Shown one piece after another: positions 19,484 through 29,662 of a stretch of DNA of 64,000 nucleotides. Position 1 is the first letter of the stretch. The number at the start of each line of letters is the position of its first letter. A program made the position numbers and the translations under genes. The notes beneath the pieces were generated by a model. That model was not told where the DNA came from. It saw only the letters and a program-made list of their open reading frames with translations, and searched no databases. Source of the stretch: Bacteroidales bacterium (GTDB taxonomy: Bacteria > Bacteroidota > Bacteroidia > Bacteroidales > VadinHA17); the NCBI GenBank assembly GCA_034002785.1, contig JAVEZX010000002.1:1526-65525 (forward strand), written 5' to 3'.

Positions 19484-21091
19484 CTATTTTGTGTAATAGT
19501 GTTCTGGTTCCTCATCAAGCAAGGGGTCCTGAAGCACCTCTGAGGCAGGTATCGGAAGGAACATCTTGTCCTCAGTAAAATCAGTTACACGGACCAGATT
19601 GCCTGGAATTGTTCCCCTGTTCTGAGCCTCGATGATCTGCTTTGCCCTGGCGAAGCCCTGGCGGGTAATATCAAACCAGTAATCGCCTTCAAAGGCAAAC
19701 TCCACGCGGCGTTCCTTCATTATGTCATCAATTGTGAGAACACTTTTTGTCGGCAGTCCGGCGCGCAGACGAACCTTGTTGAAGGCATCGAGAGCCGTTG
19801 CATCGGCGGTTGTCGCATCTGAGCCCAGGGTGGCTTCAGCATAGATAAGAAGAATATCCGCATAGCGAAGCATCATGAAATTGATGCCTGTATTCATGCC
19901 AATGACCTGTTCGCCGCCGTACTTCTGACCCGGACCGACAACATACTTGGCTATTGTCGACCTGGTGCCGTTGAGAGAGCCTCCCTGGTTGGCCGGCTGG
20001 ATTGTATCATACCTGTACCCGTTCTTCATGAACTCATTGTATGCCGCATCATTGACAGCGAAGGAGCCGTCAGCCTGTGGCAGCTTCTGGGGTACCCACT
20101 GTGGCATGGTCCATCCGTGCTCCATGATTGATCCTGCCCGCCTCTTGTCATTGGGTTCATAGGCAGCCCTGATATCCAGCGAGGGTCTGTAAAGCTCCCA
20201 CATCTGTGCCTCATCTGTCTGCAGGCTTCCGGGACCGCGGTCAGGATTAAGCTGGTTGCCTGAGCCCCATGGATTCATTGTAGGCTGATGCTGAACCGCA
20301 AACAGCGTTTCAATATTGTTGTTGTTGGCGCTCGAGTTGAACATTGCACGGTAATCGGGGAAGAGATCATACTGTTCTGACTCAATCACCTCCCATGCCT
20401 TGGCCTTTGCATTGGCATAGTCCTTATTATAGAGATAAAGCTTGGCCATCATCCCTTTTGCCGAGTATTTGGTTACCCTTCCCGGAACATCAGTCTCGGG
20501 AAGACCTGCTTCTGCAAGCTGAAGCTCCTCAAGGGCGAAGCGGAGAACATCCTCCTGGAAATAACGGGGGATGTTGAAATCGCCTGTAAGAGCTATTGAA
20601 CCCGGATCAGTTACGATGGGGGCATGACCCCATATGCGGGCAATGTAGAAATAGACCGTTCCCCTCAGGAAATGACACTCGGCAATTGCCGGATCAAGAA
20701 TCGAAGCGTCACCGCCGTCAGCCTTCTTCTGTTCGAAGGTGGCAATCAGTGCACTTGTCCACCCGTTAACCTTGTAAAAGGCTTTCCATGAGTCGGAAAG
20801 ACGCACCGAGGTGGCAGAGACAGTCATCTGCGAAAACGGAGTATCATCACCATTCCAGGTGTGCTCGTTGCCTGCCATGATCTCGCCAATGCAGTCCAGG
20901 GCACGGGCCTCATAGCCTGACCATGCCAGTCCTGAATAGATGGTGCTCGTCGCAGCCCTCACCTCGTCTGCAGTGTTGTAATAGTTGCTCACCGTGAGGC
21001 CGGAAAGTGACGGGCGCTCGATGAACGACTCGCTGCATGATGCAAGTGTTGCGGCCAGGATTGCAATAAAATATATAAATCTGTTTTTCAT
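19484..21091 (-). CDS. susD: SusD/RagB-family outer-membrane glycan-binding lipoprotein
   Basis: Lipobox (LASC). The length (535 aa) and TPR-like content are typical (YFLRGTVYFYIARIWG, ILLIYAEA, ERRVEFAFEGDYWFDITR). It lies directly downstream of susC. Confidence 0.9.
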   Translation of the reverse strand: MKNRFIYFIAILAATLASCSESFIERPSLSGLTVSNYYNTADEVRAATSTIYSGLAWSGYEARALDCIGEIMAGNEHTWNGDDTPFSQMTVSATSVRLSDSWKAFYKVNGWTSALIATFEQKKADGGDASILDPAIAECHFLRGTVYFYIARIWGHAPIVTDPGSIALTGDFNIPRYFQEDVLRFALEELQLAEAGLPETDVPGRVTKYSAKGMMAKLYLYNKDYANAKAKAWEVIESEQYDLFPDYRAMFNSSANNNNIETLFAVQHQPTMNPWGSGNQLNPDRGPGSLQTDEAQMWELYRPSLDIRAAYEPNDKRRAGSIMEHGWTMPQWVPQKLPQADGSFAVNDAAYNEFMKNGYRYDTIQPANQGGSLNGTRSTIAKYVVGPGQKYGGEQVIGMNTGINFMMLRYADILLIYAEATLGSDATTADATALDAFNKVRLRAGLPTKSVLTIDDIMKERRVEFAFEGDYWFDITRQGFARAKQIIEAQNRGTIPGNLVRVTDFTEDKMFLPIPASEVLQDPLLDEEPEHYYTK

Positions 21092-21109
21092 GATCTTGTC
21101 TTTTAGTCA

Positions 21110-24100
21110 TTAAAACTCAACACTCACACCGCCCATGAATGTGCGCGGGTTTGGATAGTGGCCTGCATCAACGTTCATAAGCCGGATGCTGTTGTTGTAT
21201 GCACCAACCTCAGGATCGTAACCGGAATAATTGGTGAAGGTATAGAGGTTCTGAACAGTAACGTAGAACCTCAGGCTGTTCATCTTCACCCTGTTGATCA
21301 GAGTTCCCGGGAGCCTGTAACCAAGAGTTATGTTTTGAATGCGGACAAAGGAACCATCTTCAACATAACGGTCTGACATAGCCGTGTTGTTGGTGTTTGT
21401 ATTGGTGAACCTTGGTAGCTCACCATCCCTGTTGGTTGCAGTATAGCGGTCCATGACAGCAGTCGACTGGTTGTAATAGACGTTGTTCATCCTCTCGAGC
21501 TGCCACTTCATGAAGTTGAAGACCTCGGCACCGTAACTCCCCTGCAGGAAGATAGAGAGATCGATGTTCCTGTACCGGAGATTGTTTGTGAAACCGAAGG
21601 TGAAGTCAGGTATCGGGCTCCCGATGAAGGTCAGATCCTTTGAGTCAATTATCTGGTCACTGTTCTGATCCTTGTACCTGACATCTCCGAGCCATGTCTC
21701 ATTCTCAGCCACTGCCGACCCAAACTGCGGGTATGAGGCTGCCAGCTCTGCCTCCGTGCGGAAGAGTCCGTCGGTCTCAAGGCCCCAGAATGTACCGACT
21801 GCATAGCCGGGCACCGTATGGGTGATCAGGTAGTTGTCATAGTAGAGCTTCCCGTCAATCGAGGAGGATTCGTTTATCAGCTTGTCAAGCACGTTCCTGT
21901 AGTGAGAGAAGATGACCGAGGTGTTCCACGAGAAGTTGGGCTTCACAATGTTACGTGTCGTAAGGCTGAGATCGATACCGGTGTTGGTCATCTGACCGAC
22001 ATTGCCTATAGGAGCCTTGAGGTCATTCCATGCGTCACCTATACCCAGCAGTGCGGGGCCGGTGCTGAAGAGAAGCATGTTCGAGGTTATCTTCTTATAG
22101 AGGTCAACCGTCAGGTCAATCCTTCCGTTGATGAACCCGAAGTCAATACCACCGTTGTATGTGATTACCGATTCCCATCCGAGATCAGGGTTGGCAATAC
22201 CTGCAATGAAGTTGGTCGATGCCGTTCCCACCTGGCCGAAGCCTGTCGGTCCGGGCCAGAAGTTGACGTTCGATGTATAAGGCGGGTTTGGTGCTCCGCC
22301 AGGCAGGTTCTGGTTACCTACGGCACCGGCGCCAAGCCTGATCTTCATGTAGTTCATCACATTGGCCCAGTTCGCGGCAAACTTTTCATTTGTCACCGTC
22401 CAGCCGACCGATGCCCCGGGGAAGAAACCCCATTTATTGTTGGGACCGAAGTTTGCGGATCCGTCACCTCTGTAGCTCAGTGATAATGAGTAGCGGTCAT
22501 CAAAGGTGTAATTCCCCCGGACGAAGTATGACTCCATCGCCCAGTCTCCCTTGCCACCGGTCAGGTCCCATGTAAGCTTGTCAGTGCCGCCTGCATTCAT
22601 GTCAAGGATATTGTTTTGCAGATCGACCTTCTTGCCGCCCATTTGCTCCCAGTATGAATACTGAGCCTCATGTCCGCCGGTGAATGCCAGCTTGTGCTTG
22701 CCAATAGTCTTGTTGTAGTTCAGGTAGTTCCTGACAGCATAATAATATGAGTTGTTGCGGTTGTCATAAAGCTGAGCCTGCAGCGACCGCGTGCCTATGT
22801 TTGCCTCATACTGAAAAGCAATGCTGTTTCGCATTCCGATCTGGTAAGAGAATTCGTTCCTGAGAGACAGCCCCTCCATGAAGATGATATCAGCATAGAT
22901 ATTACCGAATATCTGGCTCTGTACCGTCTTGTTGCCCCTGCTGCTGCTTGTTGCCACGGGGTTATCGGCAGTGTATGCATAGCCTCCAACCGTATAGTTC
23001 CCTGCCCAGGTCCCGTCAAGGTTCCTTACAGGGATGAGGGGGTTCTGAAGTGTTGACCACCATATTGTACTCTCTGCCGCATCGGCAAGTGTAACATTCT
23101 GGATGCTCCTTGTAATGTTCGAGCTTACCCCTGCCCTCAGCCAGCTCTTGACCTGGCTGTCAAGATTGAAGCGGGTGGAGTAACGCTTGAAGTCGGAACC
23201 GATAAGGATACCCTTCTGGTCAAAGTAGCCTGCGGAGAAGTAATAACTGGTGTTATCCTTGCCTCCTGATATGCCAAGCTGGTGATCCGTTGTGTATCCC
23301 TGGCGGAAGATAGCATCCTGCCAGTCGGTGCCTTCACCAAGCAGTGACGGGTCGGCAAACTCCTCGGTGGGAGTGTAACCCGGGCCGAGCTCTGCAATGA
23401 CCTCGTTCTGATACGCGGCAAACTCCCGGAGATTCATGACATCCAGGGTCCTGTAAACATCCTGTATCCCGTAGGAGGCATCATACGTGACCTTGCCGTC
23501 ACCAGCCTTCCCCTTCTTGGTAGTAATGAGAAGCACCCCGTTGGCAGCCTGTGATCCGTAAATAGCCTGTGCCGAGGCATCCTTGAGCACATCAATCGAT
23601 TCAATGTCATTGGGGTTCAGTGTCGCCAGGAAGCTGTTCTGCGTCTGTCCGTCCGAACCACCAAGGCCGTCATAGCCCGTATTTTCAACATTGTTGGAGG
23701 TGAAAGGAACACCGTCAATCACTATCAGCGGATCATTGCTGTTGATGGAGGTGATACCTCTTACCCTTACGGAGACTCCTCCTCCGGGCTGACCGCTGTT
23801 GTTCATTACCTGAAGGCCCGCAACCTTGCCCTGCAGGGCCTGGTCAATGCCTGTCACAACGAGATCCTTTATCTCCTCCGACTTCACGGAGGCAATGGCC
23901 GATGTTACTTCCGACCTTCTTATGGTGCCGTATCCTATCACAACAACAGCATCGACCTCCTCGGCCGCCATCGTCATCCTGATACTCATCGGTCCGTCCG
24001 TGATCGGCACCTCAATGATATCCATCCCTACGAACGTTACCACCAGGGTGGTGGCATCCGAAGGTACCTGAAACGAGAAATTCCCGTTCAGATCTGTAGC

Positions 24101-24268
24101 TGTTCCTATGGTCGTGCCCTTAACCACAACCGAGGCTCCGGGCAGGCCAGCATTGCTGTCATCCAGTACCCTTCCGGTAACAGTCCTCTGCTGCGCGAAG
24201 AGAACTGCAGATGACATTACAGCTGCCAGACAAATAAGAATAGTTTTTCTAAAGAGCTTGTTTTGCAT
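21110..24268 (-). CDS. susC: SusC/RagA-family TonB-dependent outer-membrane transporter
   Basis: 1052 aa. A signal peptide is followed directly by a carboxypeptidase-regulatory-like domain (VTGRVLDDSNAGLPGASVVVKGTTIGTATDLNGNFSF), so there is no STN signalling domain. It has a plug (IVIDGVP, GSQAANGVLLITTKKG) and a terminal beta-barrel ending in ...GGVSVEF. Confidence 0.95.
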   Translation of the reverse strand: MQNKLFRKTILICLAAVMSSAVLFAQQRTVTGRVLDDSNAGLPGASVVVKGTTIGTATDLNGNFSFQVPSDATTLVVTFVGMDIIEVPITDGPMSIRMTMAAEEVDAVVVIGYGTIRRSEVTSAIASVKSEEIKDLVVTGIDQALQGKVAGLQVMNNSGQPGGGVSVRVRGITSINSNDPLIVIDGVPFTSNNVENTGYDGLGGSDGQTQNSFLATLNPNDIESIDVLKDASAQAIYGSQAANGVLLITTKKGKAGDGKVTYDASYGIQDVYRTLDVMNLREFAAYQNEVIAELGPGYTPTEEFADPSLLGEGTDWQDAIFRQGYTTDHQLGISGGKDNTSYYFSAGYFDQKGILIGSDFKRYSTRFNLDSQVKSWLRAGVSSNITRSIQNVTLADAAESTIWWSTLQNPLIPVRNLDGTWAGNYTVGGYAYTADNPVATSSSRGNKTVQSQIFGNIYADIIFMEGLSLRNEFSYQIGMRNSIAFQYEANIGTRSLQAQLYDNRNNSYYYAVRNYLNYNKTIGKHKLAFTGGHEAQYSYWEQMGGKKVDLQNNILDMNAGGTDKLTWDLTGGKGDWAMESYFVRGNYTFDDRYSLSLSYRGDGSANFGPNNKWGFFPGASVGWTVTNEKFAANWANVMNYMKIRLGAGAVGNQNLPGGAPNPPYTSNVNFWPGPTGFGQVGTASTNFIAGIANPDLGWESVITYNGGIDFGFINGRIDLTVDLYKKITSNMLLFSTGPALLGIGDAWNDLKAPIGNVGQMTNTGIDLSLTTRNIVKPNFSWNTSVIFSHYRNVLDKLINESSSIDGKLYYDNYLITHTVPGYAVGTFWGLETDGLFRTEAELAASYPQFGSAVAENETWLGDVRYKDQNSDQIIDSKDLTFIGSPIPDFTFGFTNNLRYRNIDLSIFLQGSYGAEVFNFMKWQLERMNNVYYNQSTAVMDRYTATNRDGELPRFTNTNTNNTAMSDRYVEDGSFVRIQNITLGYRLPGTLINRVKMNSLRFYVTVQNLYTFTNYSGYDPEVGAYNNSIRLMNVDAGHYPNPRTFMGGVSVEF

Positions 24269-24567
24269 AGCTGTACAGTTTTTAGGTTTTTAAAGTTACA
24301 CCAACTTATCAGGGCGGCATTGATACTATTTTGTCTCATTATTGTAATAATTTGATTAGTACACCCTGGAAAATGTCAAAAACAGGGTCTCAAAGTGTAC
24401 CTTATACACATAGATAATATATATGTATACCGGTATCCCTTCTCACCTGCATGAAAGGACATTCAATCTTTTTTTTCTTTTGTGGTTGATAATAAAATAT
24501 ATTTGAGATACCTTTGAATTCTTACATTGTACACTAAGTCATTTTATCACTTACCTGGTATAATAAA

Positions 24568-25314
24568 ATGATATCTCACAAGATCGTTCCCAACATCTCA
24601 GTCGACTGCGTGATCTTTGGTTTCGACTTTGAAAAGCTGAATGTCCTGCTTGTCGAAAGAGAGATGAAAGACAAAAAAAACGGCGAGATACTGATTAAGG
24701 ACCACACCCTGGCCGGATACCATATCTTCGAGGATGAAGACCTTGACAGTGCAGCTGCCAGGATCCTGAAAGGACTTACCGGACTCGACAATATTTTCCT
24801 TGAACAGTTCGGCGCCTTCGGCCAGCTAGACCGCGTCTCATCACCAAAGGACAAGATGTGGCTCGATTATATCAACAAGGGATTTGCTGACCGCGTTGTC
24901 ACAGTGGGATACCTCGCTCTGATAGACAATACAAAGGTTACCCTCACGCTGAAGGACAGGAATGTGGCATGGTTTCCCGTATCGGCAGTGCAGGAGATGG
25001 AGATGGCATTTGACCACAGATACCTCTTCCACACCGCCCTGGAGGCTCTCCAGCGCAAGGTGAAGGTGGAACCAATCGTATTTGAACTGCTGCCTGATTA
25101 CTTTACGATCTCACAGCTGCAGAAAGTTTACGAGGCAGTGCTTGGAACATCGTTCGACAAGCGTAACTTCAGGAAAAAAGTGGCACAGATGCACTACGTC
25201 ATCCCGTTGCGGAAGAAACAGCAGGGCGTGCCGCACAAACCTGCACAGTTCTATCTCTTCAGCCGGGAGGTGTACGAAAAAACCAGAAAAGGACGCATCT
25301 CTTTCATTATCTGA
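24568..25314 (+). CDS. NrtR/AraR-like transcriptional regulator (degenerate Nudix sensor domain + C-terminal winged helix)
   Basis: The N-terminus ISVDCVIFGFDFEKLNVLLVER is typical of the family. The Nudix-box region reads SAAARILKGLTGL, where a catalytic box would read AAxRELxEETGL, so the catalytic Glu residues are replaced. The C-terminal part reads FTISQLQKVYEAVLGTSFDKRNFRKK. Confidence 0.8.
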   Translation: MISHKIVPNISVDCVIFGFDFEKLNVLLVEREMKDKKNGEILIKDHTLAGYHIFEDEDLDSAAARILKGLTGLDNIFLEQFGAFGQLDRVSSPKDKMWLDYINKGFADRVVTVGYLALIDNTKVTLTLKDRNVAWFPVSAVQEMEMAFDHRYLFHTALEALQRKVKVEPIVFELLPDYFTISQLQKVYEAVLGTSFDKRNFRKKVAQMHYVIPLRKKQQGVPHKPAQFYLFSREVYEKTRKGRISFII

Positions 25315-25342
25315 TATATAACCCATTTAACCAACCATAACC

Positions 25343-27217
25343 ATGAATGTACACTTCATTGACCTGGGCATAGTCATCCTGTACCTTGTGGCCACCATCT
25401 TCATAGGCAACTGGGTGTCAAAGAGAGCTTCGCGAAACATCCAGTCTTACTTCCTCGGGGGCAACACTCTTCCCTGGTACTTCCTTGGCATCTCTAACGC
25501 CTCCGGGATGTTTGATATCGCCGGAACCATGCTGCTCGTCTACTGGCTATCCGTTTACGGCATGAAGAGCCTCTGGATACCCTGGCTCTGGCCTGTCTTC
25601 AACCAGATATTCCTGATGGTCTACCTCTCCGCCTGGCTCAGACGATCCAACGTAATGACAGGCGCAGAGTGGATCAAGACCCGGTTCGGCGACGGGAGGG
25701 CCTCGAACCTGTCCCATGTCATAGTGGTTGTCTTCGCCCTGGTAAGCGTGATAGGCTTCCTCTCCTATGGCTTCAAGGGTATCGGCAAATTCGTGGCGGC
25801 CTTCCTTCCTCCTCTCGTGTCAAATCCCGACTACCTGCTGGCACACCCGCAGATAAATGTCAACCTCTATGCATTGATCCTGATGGCCATAACCACCTTC
25901 TACGTCGTGAAGGGCGGTATGTTCAGCGTGGTGATCACTGAAGTCATCCAGTACGGAATACTCACAATAGCATCAATTGCCGTAGGTATCATCGCCATAA
26001 AACAGGTCTCCCCCGATGCACTCAACTCGGTCATACCTGAAGGATGGAAGAGCCTCTGGTTCGGGAGGACCACGGGTCTCGACTGGCACGCCATCTCCTC
26101 TGTGGGTTCGCCGAAGCTGCACTCGTTCAACGACTGGATAAAAACTGACGGTTATGAGCTCTTCGGCCTCTTCTTCGTTATGATGCTCTTCAAGGGTATC
26201 CTTGTCTCTGCGGCAGGCCCGGCGCCCAACTACGACATGCAGCGCGTCCTTGCCACCAAAAACCCGAAGGAGGCCTCGAAGATGAGCTCGCTGGTGAGCG
26301 TGGTACTCAACCCGACACGTTACTTTATGGTTGCCGGTCTCACAATCCTCGCCCTGGTGAACTTTGACAAGCTATATACCGGCTCACTGACCAATCCCGA
26401 CTTCGAGAGCATCCTGCCCGAAGTGCTGGCGACTTATGTTCCCGTGGGGCTCCTCGGATTCCTTCTCGCCGGTCTTATCGCAGCCTTCATGAGCAACTTC
26501 GCAGCTACGGTGAACGCCGCCCCCGCCTACCTGGTCAATGACATCTACAAGAGATACATCAATCCCAACGCCAGCGAAAAGACATATGTGCGGATGAGCT
26601 ATGCCGCCTCACTCCTTATTGTGGTTGTTGGAATAGTTGTCGGATTCCTGGTGACTTCAATAAATGACGTGGTGCTCTGGATCACTGCAGCCCTCTGGGG
26701 TGGCTACACCGCCCCCAACTTCCTGAAGTGGTACTGGTGGCGATTCAACGGTTACGGTTACTTCTGGGGCATGCTCTCAGGCATCATAGCCGCACTCATC
26801 CTGCCGGCACTGAATATAGGCCTGCTGCAGAACTGGCCGCTGACAGAGAACTTCAGTATGAACGCATTCCCCGTCATCTTCCTCTTCTCACTCATCGGCA
26901 GTATCCTCGGTTCACTCCTTACAAAGAGGGAGGATGACGCTACCCTGAAAAAATTCTACAGGCAGGTCCGCCCCTGGGGATTCTGGAAACCGGTTGAGAG
27001 AATGGTTCTCGCCGAAGATCCTTCATTTAAAGCCAACCGCGACTTCTGGAGGGATATGTTCAACATTGCTGTGGGAATCGTTTGGCAGATATCACTTATG
27101 GCATTCCCTGTGTTCCTGGTGATGAGGGAATGGACCCAGTTCTATGTTGCCGTGGCCGTGATGATCGTTACCACAATCATCCTGAAATTCAGCTGGTGGG
27201 ATAAACTTAAAGACTGA
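25343..27217 (+). CDS. Sodium:solute symporter (SSS) family sugar transporter
   Basis: 624 aa and highly hydrophobic, with about 13-14 predicted TM segments. The N-terminus is typical of the SSS family (LGIVILYLVATIFIGNWVSKRASRNIQSYFLGGNTLPWY). Confidence 0.85.
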   Translation: MNVHFIDLGIVILYLVATIFIGNWVSKRASRNIQSYFLGGNTLPWYFLGISNASGMFDIAGTMLLVYWLSVYGMKSLWIPWLWPVFNQIFLMVYLSAWLRRSNVMTGAEWIKTRFGDGRASNLSHVIVVVFALVSVIGFLSYGFKGIGKFVAAFLPPLVSNPDYLLAHPQINVNLYALILMAITTFYVVKGGMFSVVITEVIQYGILTIASIAVGIIAIKQVSPDALNSVIPEGWKSLWFGRTTGLDWHAISSVGSPKLHSFNDWIKTDGYELFGLFFVMMLFKGILVSAAGPAPNYDMQRVLATKNPKEASKMSSLVSVVLNPTRYFMVAGLTILALVNFDKLYTGSLTNPDFESILPEVLATYVPVGLLGFLLAGLIAAFMSNFAATVNAAPAYLVNDIYKRYINPNASEKTYVRMSYAASLLIVVVGIVVGFLVTSINDVVLWITAALWGGYTAPNFLKWYWWRFNGYGYFWGMLSGIIAALILPALNIGLLQNWPLTENFSMNAFPVIFLFSLIGSILGSLLTKREDDATLKKFYRQVRPWGFWKPVERMVLAEDPSFKANRDFWRDMFNIAVGIVWQISLMAFPVFLVMREWTQFYVAVAVMIVTTIILKFSWWDKLKD

Positions 27218-27225
27218 CTTGAAAC

Positions 27226-29658
27226 ATGAAATTCGGATATTTTGATGACGCTGCAAGAGAGTATGTCATCACACAGTACAAAACGCCATGGCCCTGGATC
27301 AATTACCTGGGCAACAAGGACTTCTTCTCGATAATCTCGAACACCGCAGGAGGCTACAGCTTCTACCGCGATGCCCGGCTCCGTAGGATAACCCGGTACA
27401 GGTACAACAACGTGCCGATGGACGACGGCGGCAAGTACTTTTATATCAATGATAACGGTTCTGTCTGGTCCCCGGGATGGAAACCGGTGAAGACAGATGT
27501 CGAAGACTACTCCTGCCGTCACGGCATGGGCTACACGATGATCGGCTCAGCCAGGGACAGTCTGAGGGCGGACATACTCTACTTCGTTCCGCTGGATGAC
27601 ACCTGCGAGGTGCAGCGCGTCATACTGCGCAATACAGGTACAATGCCGAAGCATATCAAGCTCTTCTCGTTTACCGAGTGGTGCTTCTGGAATGCGCATG
27701 ATGACCAGACCAACTTCCAGCGTAACTTCTCAACCGGTGAGGTGGAGGTGGAGGAGGGTGTCATCTATCACAAGACAGAGTACCGTGAGCGCCGTAACCA
27801 CTATGCATTCCATTCGGTCAACAGCCCTGTGGCTGGCTTCGACACCGACCGTGAGACGTTCCTGGGAATCTATAACGGCTTTGACCGTCCCGAGACTGTC
27901 TTCTCCGGCCGGCCACGAAACAGCATAGCCCACGGATGGTCACCAGTGGCATCGCACTGCCTGGAGACCATCCTGGAGCCGGGCGAGGTGAAGGAATACA
28001 TCTTCGTCCTTGGATATATCGAGAATCCTGACAACGAAAAATTCATCGCTCCGAAGGTGATAAACAAAGTCAGGGCAAAGGCAATGATCGGCAGGTATGA
28101 CACCTCTGAGAAGGTCGATATCGCCTTCGCGAAGCTGAAGGAATACTGGGACAGCCAGCTTTCGGTTATCAGCCTGAACCACCCGGACCCACGCCTCGAG
28201 CGTATGGTCAACACCTGGAACCCCTACCAGTGCATGGCTACATACAACTTCTCACGGAGTACCTCCTATTTCGAATCCGGCATTGGCCGCGGGATGGGGT
28301 TCCGCGACTCTAACCAGGACCTTGTGGGATATGTTCAGATGATCGGCCAGCAATCGCGCGACAGGATCATTGACATTGCCTCAACGCAGTTGAACGACGG
28401 CAGCGCATACCACCAGTACCAGCCTCTGACAAAGAGGGGCAACGCCGAGATAGGCGGCAATTTCAACGATGACCCGCTGTGGCTCATCTTCGGTGTGGCT
28501 GCATACCTCAAGGAGACGGGCGACTGGTCAATACTTGACGAGACGGTGCCGTTCAACAACAACCCGGATGATGCGGCAAGCCTCTTCGAGCACCTGCACC
28601 GTTCCTTCATGCACGTGGTGAACCACCTCGGACCTCACGGCCTGCCGCTGATAGGGCGCGCTGACTGGAACGACTGTCTTAACCTGAACTGCTTCTCATC
28701 AAACCCCGATGAGAGCTTCCAGACAACTGAGAACCAGAAGGGAGGCCAGGCGGAATCACTGTTCATTGCCGCCATGTTCGTGCTCTACGGTGCTGATTTT
28801 GTTACAATTGCCCGTCGCAGGGGCGAGACACAGATGGCAGATGAGGCCACAGATCATATTGATGCTATGGTCCGGGCTGTCAATGAGCACGGCTGGGACG
28901 GCGACTGGTTCCTGCGGGCATACGATTTTTACGGACGCAAGGTTGGCAGTCGTGAAAACGAGGAGGGTAAGATCTTCATTGAATCACAGGGTATGTGTAT
29001 CATGGCTGGTATAGGGCTCGACGACGGCAGGGCGCTGAAGGCGCTGACATCAGTCAATAAGCACCTGGCATGCGAGCACGGCATTGTTCTCAACAACCCC
29101 GCCTTCACGAAGTACTACCTCCACCTGGGTGAAATATCAAGCTACCCTGAAGGATATAAGGAAAACGCCGGCATCTTCTGCCATAACAACCCGTGGATAA
29201 TCATAGCCGAGACACTTGCCGGCAACGGACACAGGGCCTTTGACTACTACAGCAGGATAACACCCTCGTACCTCGAGGATATTAGTGATCTTCACAAGAC
29301 GGAGCCATATGTCTACTCACAGATGATTGCAGGCAAGGATGCCTTTCGTCCCGGTGAGGCAAAGAACAGCTGGCTGACCGGTACGGCCTCATGGTGCTAT
29401 TATGCGATCACACAGTATATCCTGGGCATCAGACCCGATTATGACGGGCTGCTGGTTGATCCGTGCATACCGCCCGACTGGGGAGGATTTACTGTCAGGC
29501 GTAAATTCAGGGGAGCGGTTTACAACATCGAGATCATCAACCCGGAGCACAAGTCCAAGGGTGTCTGGGAGATCACGGTTGACGGAAAGAAAGTCGATTC
29601 GTGCCTACTCCCGGTCTTCGCCGCGGGGACTGAACATGAAGTCAAAATAATAATGTAA
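27226..29658 (+). CDS. GH94 disaccharide phosphorylase (cellobiose-phosphorylase-like)
   Basis: 810 aa with no signal peptide. The hallmark N-terminus is [29 protein letters not shown]. The catalytic-region motif is [12 protein letters not shown]. Also present are [12 protein letters not shown] and SWLTGTASW. The size fits cellobiose/chitobiose phosphorylases rather than cellodextrin phosphorylases. Confidence 0.85.
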   Translation: MKFGYFDDAAREYVITQYKTPWPWINYLGNKDFFSIISNTAGGYSFYRDARLRRITRYRYNNVPMDDGGKYFYINDNGSVWSPGWKPVKTDVEDYSCRHGMGYTMIGSARDSLRADILYFVPLDDTCEVQRVILRNTGTMPKHIKLFSFTEWCFWNAHDDQTNFQRNFSTGEVEVEEGVIYHKTEYRERRNHYAFHSVNSPVAGFDTDRETFLGIYNGFDRPETVFSGRPRNSIAHGWSPVASHCLETILEPGEVKEYIFVLGYIENPDNEKFIAPKVINKVRAKAMIGRYDTSEKVDIAFAKLKEYWDSQLSVISLNHPDPRLERMVNTWNPYQCMATYNFSRSTSYFESGIGRGMGFRDSNQDLVGYVQMIGQQSRDRIIDIASTQLNDGSAYHQYQPLTKRGNAEIGGNFNDDPLWLIFGVAAYLKETGDWSILDETVPFNNNPDDAASLFEHLHRSFMHVVNHLGPHGLPLIGRADWNDCLNLNCFSSNPDESFQTTENQKGGQAESLFIAAMFVLYGADFVTIARRRGETQMADEATDHIDAMVRAVNEHGWDGDWFLRAYDFYGRKVGSRENEEGKIFIESQGMCIMAGIGLDDGRALKALTSVNKHLACEHGIVLNNPAFTKYYLHLGEISSYPEGYKENAGIFCHNNPWIIIAETLAGNGHRAFDYYSRITPSYLEDISDLHKTEPYVYSQMIAGKDAFRPGEAKNSWLTGTASWCYYAITQYILGIRPDYDGLLVDPCIPPDWGGFTVRRKFRGAVYNIEIINPEHKSKGVWEITVDGKKVDSCLLPVFAAGTEHEVKIIM

Positions 29659-29662
29659 TATC

